Assembly (NCBI GenBank): GCA_043228905.1
Contig: JBHGNT010000010.1
Span: 19,530,001-19,594,000 of the forward strand
Direction of reading: 5' to 3'
DNA: 64,000 nucleotides
Source of the DNA: Azolla caroliniana
Lineage: Eukaryota > Plantae > Polypodiophyta
Below are positions 61,148 through 64,000 of this stretch, piece by piece (position 1 is the stretch's first letter; every line of letters begins with the position of its first letter). The position numbers and the translations under genes are program-made. A model generated the notes under the pieces. That model did no database searches. It saw only the letters and a list, made by a program, of their open reading frames with translations, and was not told the origin of the DNA.

Positions 61148-64000
61148 GCGTCTTCGGCACGGTAAATTCGAGTCGGATTCCCTTCGAGTGACAGTACTCT
61201 TCGAACTGCCCCCGGTATTCACCTCCGTTATCTGCTCGAACCGCCTTCTGCTTCCGGCCGGTTTCTCTTTCCACTCTCGCGTGGAGCTCTTTGAAGACGG
61301 ATAGCACCTGATCCTTCGTCTTCAACGGTGTGGCCCACAATTTTCGGCTGTGGTCATCTATGAACGTCACGAAGTACTGCGATCCTGCATGTGACTTCGT
61401 GTCCACTTGACACACATCAATATGCACCAACTCCAGTGGTGCATTACGTCTCATCGGTGGCCTTGGTCGGAAGGAAGTCCGGTTTTGCTTACCGGCCAAA
61501 AAATCAGTGCACTTCTCCAAGTGCACATTCTTCACTGGAATGAGGTTGTCATCTGCAAGCCTCTTCATCCCCTTCTCGCTCATGTGACACAGCCTTTTGT
61601 GCCACAGCTCACCGGCAGTGTCGGATGCCACGTTCACTTCCTCCAGACATAACCGGGCATTCATCAAGTACAACGCGTTGACCTTCCAGGCCCGAGCCAC
61701 AATCAGGCTCCCCTTGTTGAACTTCATAACACCATTCCGAATGCTACCCGTGTAGCCTTCATCATCTAGCCGACCGGCTGATATCAGGTTCAAACGAACC
61801 TCCAGAACATGTCGAACATCCTTCAGCAGTAGCTTGCATCCGGTTGGTGTTGTCAACGACACGTCTCCTATGCCGACAATTCAGCATGTACCTTCATTCC
61901 CCATCCGGACACAGTCATGATCACCAGTTGCGTAGGATGAGAAGCATTTTCGGTCCAGGGTAAGGTGGAACGATGCTCCGGAGTAGACCACCCAAGTCAT
62001 CTCGTCGCCGGCAAGGTTTATCTCACTCTCCTCAGTGATGAGCATCAACTCTTCTTCACTTGCCGCGATTGCCGTCGTTCCCTTCCGGTCCGTTCCCCTC
62101 CGGTCTTTACTGTTCCGGTCCGGTGTCCGCTTCGAATCGGTACCGTCGGTTTCCTTGTCTTTCCGAAAATGCCGACAGTTCTTCTGGAAGTGTCTCGGCT
62201 TGCCGCAATAAAAGCAAGTACGCCTCCCCCTTGACTTTGACCGTGTTCCCGATTTTTCCCGGTTCTGGGAACTATGGTTTCTTTGTCTTCCGCGTTCGGA
62301 TTCGGTAAGGAGCACTTTGGAGTCAGAGCTCGTATCCTTATCTTTCCGACGCGCCTCCTCATCTAGCAAGCTCGACTTCACTCTTGCTAGGGATAACCAT
62401 TTCCCTTCCGGCCCGGCGTTGCCCAAAGTAACAACCAACGTCTCCCAACTATCTGGGAGGGAACCAAGCAGGAGTAGCGCTAGTACCTCATCGGCGAGAG
62501 GTACTACCAATGATGTTGCCTGGTGTATCAGACCCTGGAAGGCATTCATGTGCTCCGCCATGTTGGAGCCATCTTGGTATCAGAGTCTTACTAGCTTCCG
62601 GAATACCGAAACCTAGTTAACAACATTTTTGTTCTGAAACATAATGCCAATCTTCTCCCAGAGCTCATGAGCCTTGCTCTCTTCATTGAAGTTGTTGTAT
62701 AGGCTCATGTCAATGAAGGACCATATGTATGTCGTTGTCTTCATGTGCATCACCTCCCATATCGTGGCGTTGATTTTGTCCGGTCTCTTGTCCCCGAACT
62801 GAACCGGCAACCAAAGATCTTTAACCACGAGCATGTCTCTCATCTTCGACTTCCACACCGAGTAGTTGGAGCCGGTGAGCTTGAACATGCCTCCCAACGA
62901 ATCGTCCATTTTCTGTGTGGTTTCGCTCTTATACCACTTGACAAGGAACTACACGCTCCCCATGAACAACGCTCGGCCACAACCAAGCTTAGAATCAAAC
63001 ACAGAAAAACGGGAATGAAGGCTCGACACAATGGAGAGAAGAGTACACAGGAAAGAAAAGAAAATACAGGATGTTAACGTGGAAAACCCAAACTAGAGAA
63101 AAACCACGGTAGCCCACAGACTCCAAAATATCACTATATCACAATGATTACAGCAGTGAGCTAACGGAGGCAACGACCTCGTGCTCACAATCTTCGCCAC
63201 AAGCGGCGGTTACAACAGAGGCAACGACCTCTTCGTTTCTTTCTCTCTCTCTCTCTCTCTGTACACTGTTGCGCTCTAATCTTGCATCAACAAGGATGAC
63301 AACATCTCTACATACAAAGTTTGCCCTAAGTCATATTTATACTAATATGACTTTTTGGCTATTTACAAATATAGCCCCGATGGACTCTCAAAAGACATAT
63401 TTACGAATATGTCCCTTCATCCGGTGAGCGCTCCTCACCGGGCCTGCATCATCCGGATCTTGCGGGGCACACCACATCTGGTTCTCACCGGGTCCTCCGT
63501 AGTCGGGTACTCGTCATCCGGCGCTTGACGGGTACACCACATCAGGTTCTCACCGAGTCTTCCGTAGCCGGGTACTCGTCATCCGGCGCTTGCCGGGTAC
63601 ACCACATCCGGTTCTCACCGGGTCTTCCGTAGCCAGGTACTTCTCACTTCCCATCCAGAGGGACCTGTTTCCTAACAGTGGCCACTTTGGCCGAACAGCC
63701 GAAGTCTCCGGAACGGTGCGGAGAACGATTTCGTATGTTCGCCCTCCAACGACTTGTCCATAGCCACTGACTCCTCGGTGGGGTACCCGAAACTGCCTGT
63801 CTCGTTCCAAACCCGCGATCGTCACTTCTCCGATTCCGACCTTATCCTTGGTCGAACTATCTCGGCAAGTCGAGAGGGTGTTGTGCTCCGCACCTTCTCC
63901 CGTGGTACCTTCCTTCGGCCTACGCATGGGCCACATCCGTCTCATTCGGAAAGCCGACTAACTTTGGATCTCCGAAATCCCACCGCGCATTGGATCTCTC

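Larger units (their letters stand above)
51336..63677 (-). mobile_element. Tandem Ty1/copia B: full unit 57621-63677 plus a second unit (gag only, 51336-57620) sharing LTR 57621-58359
   Basis: 739-bp LTRs 62939-63677 and 57621-58359, each followed on the minus strand by PBS TGGTATAAGAGC and near-identical gag starts (MDDSLGGMFK); PPT GAGTGAAGGGGGAG precedes the middle LTR. Confidence 0.92.

Noticed and set aside
24209-63945. Numerous antisense and alternate-frame ORFs in the TE nest (e.g. 25456-26052, 42068-42802, 49866-50702)
   Set aside because: Shadow ORFs expected in GC-rich retroelement sequence; no domain signatures

Overview
Eukaryotic plant genomic DNA, probably from a seed-free land plant (inferred from Tcn1-like chromoviruses, tRNA-Trp-primed non-chromovirus Gypsy elements and PLS-PPR relics). 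Bases 1-19 kb are AT-rich and carry an intact tRNA-Ser(CGA), an intact 5-exon GDSL lipase/esterase gene on the minus strand (386 aa), several 3' fragments of one LINE family, a PPR pseudogene and a decayed tRNA-Ser copy. Bases 19.2-64 kb are a nest of LTR retrotransposons (Ty1/copia, non-chromovirus Ty3/gypsy, Tcn1-like chromovirus) whose LTRs, PBS, PPT and TSDs can mostly be read directly. The most notable signals are four: (1) tRNA-type Pol III A/B-box modules built into the U3 edge of LTRs from two unrelated Gypsy lineages; (2) a Gypsy family whose 4-bp TSDs are centred on CpG; (3) two -1 frameshift cassettes, one with an H-type pseudoknot placed after the protease; (4) a Tf1-type self-priming PBS. 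All coordinates and mismatch counts were read by eye; no database searches were run.
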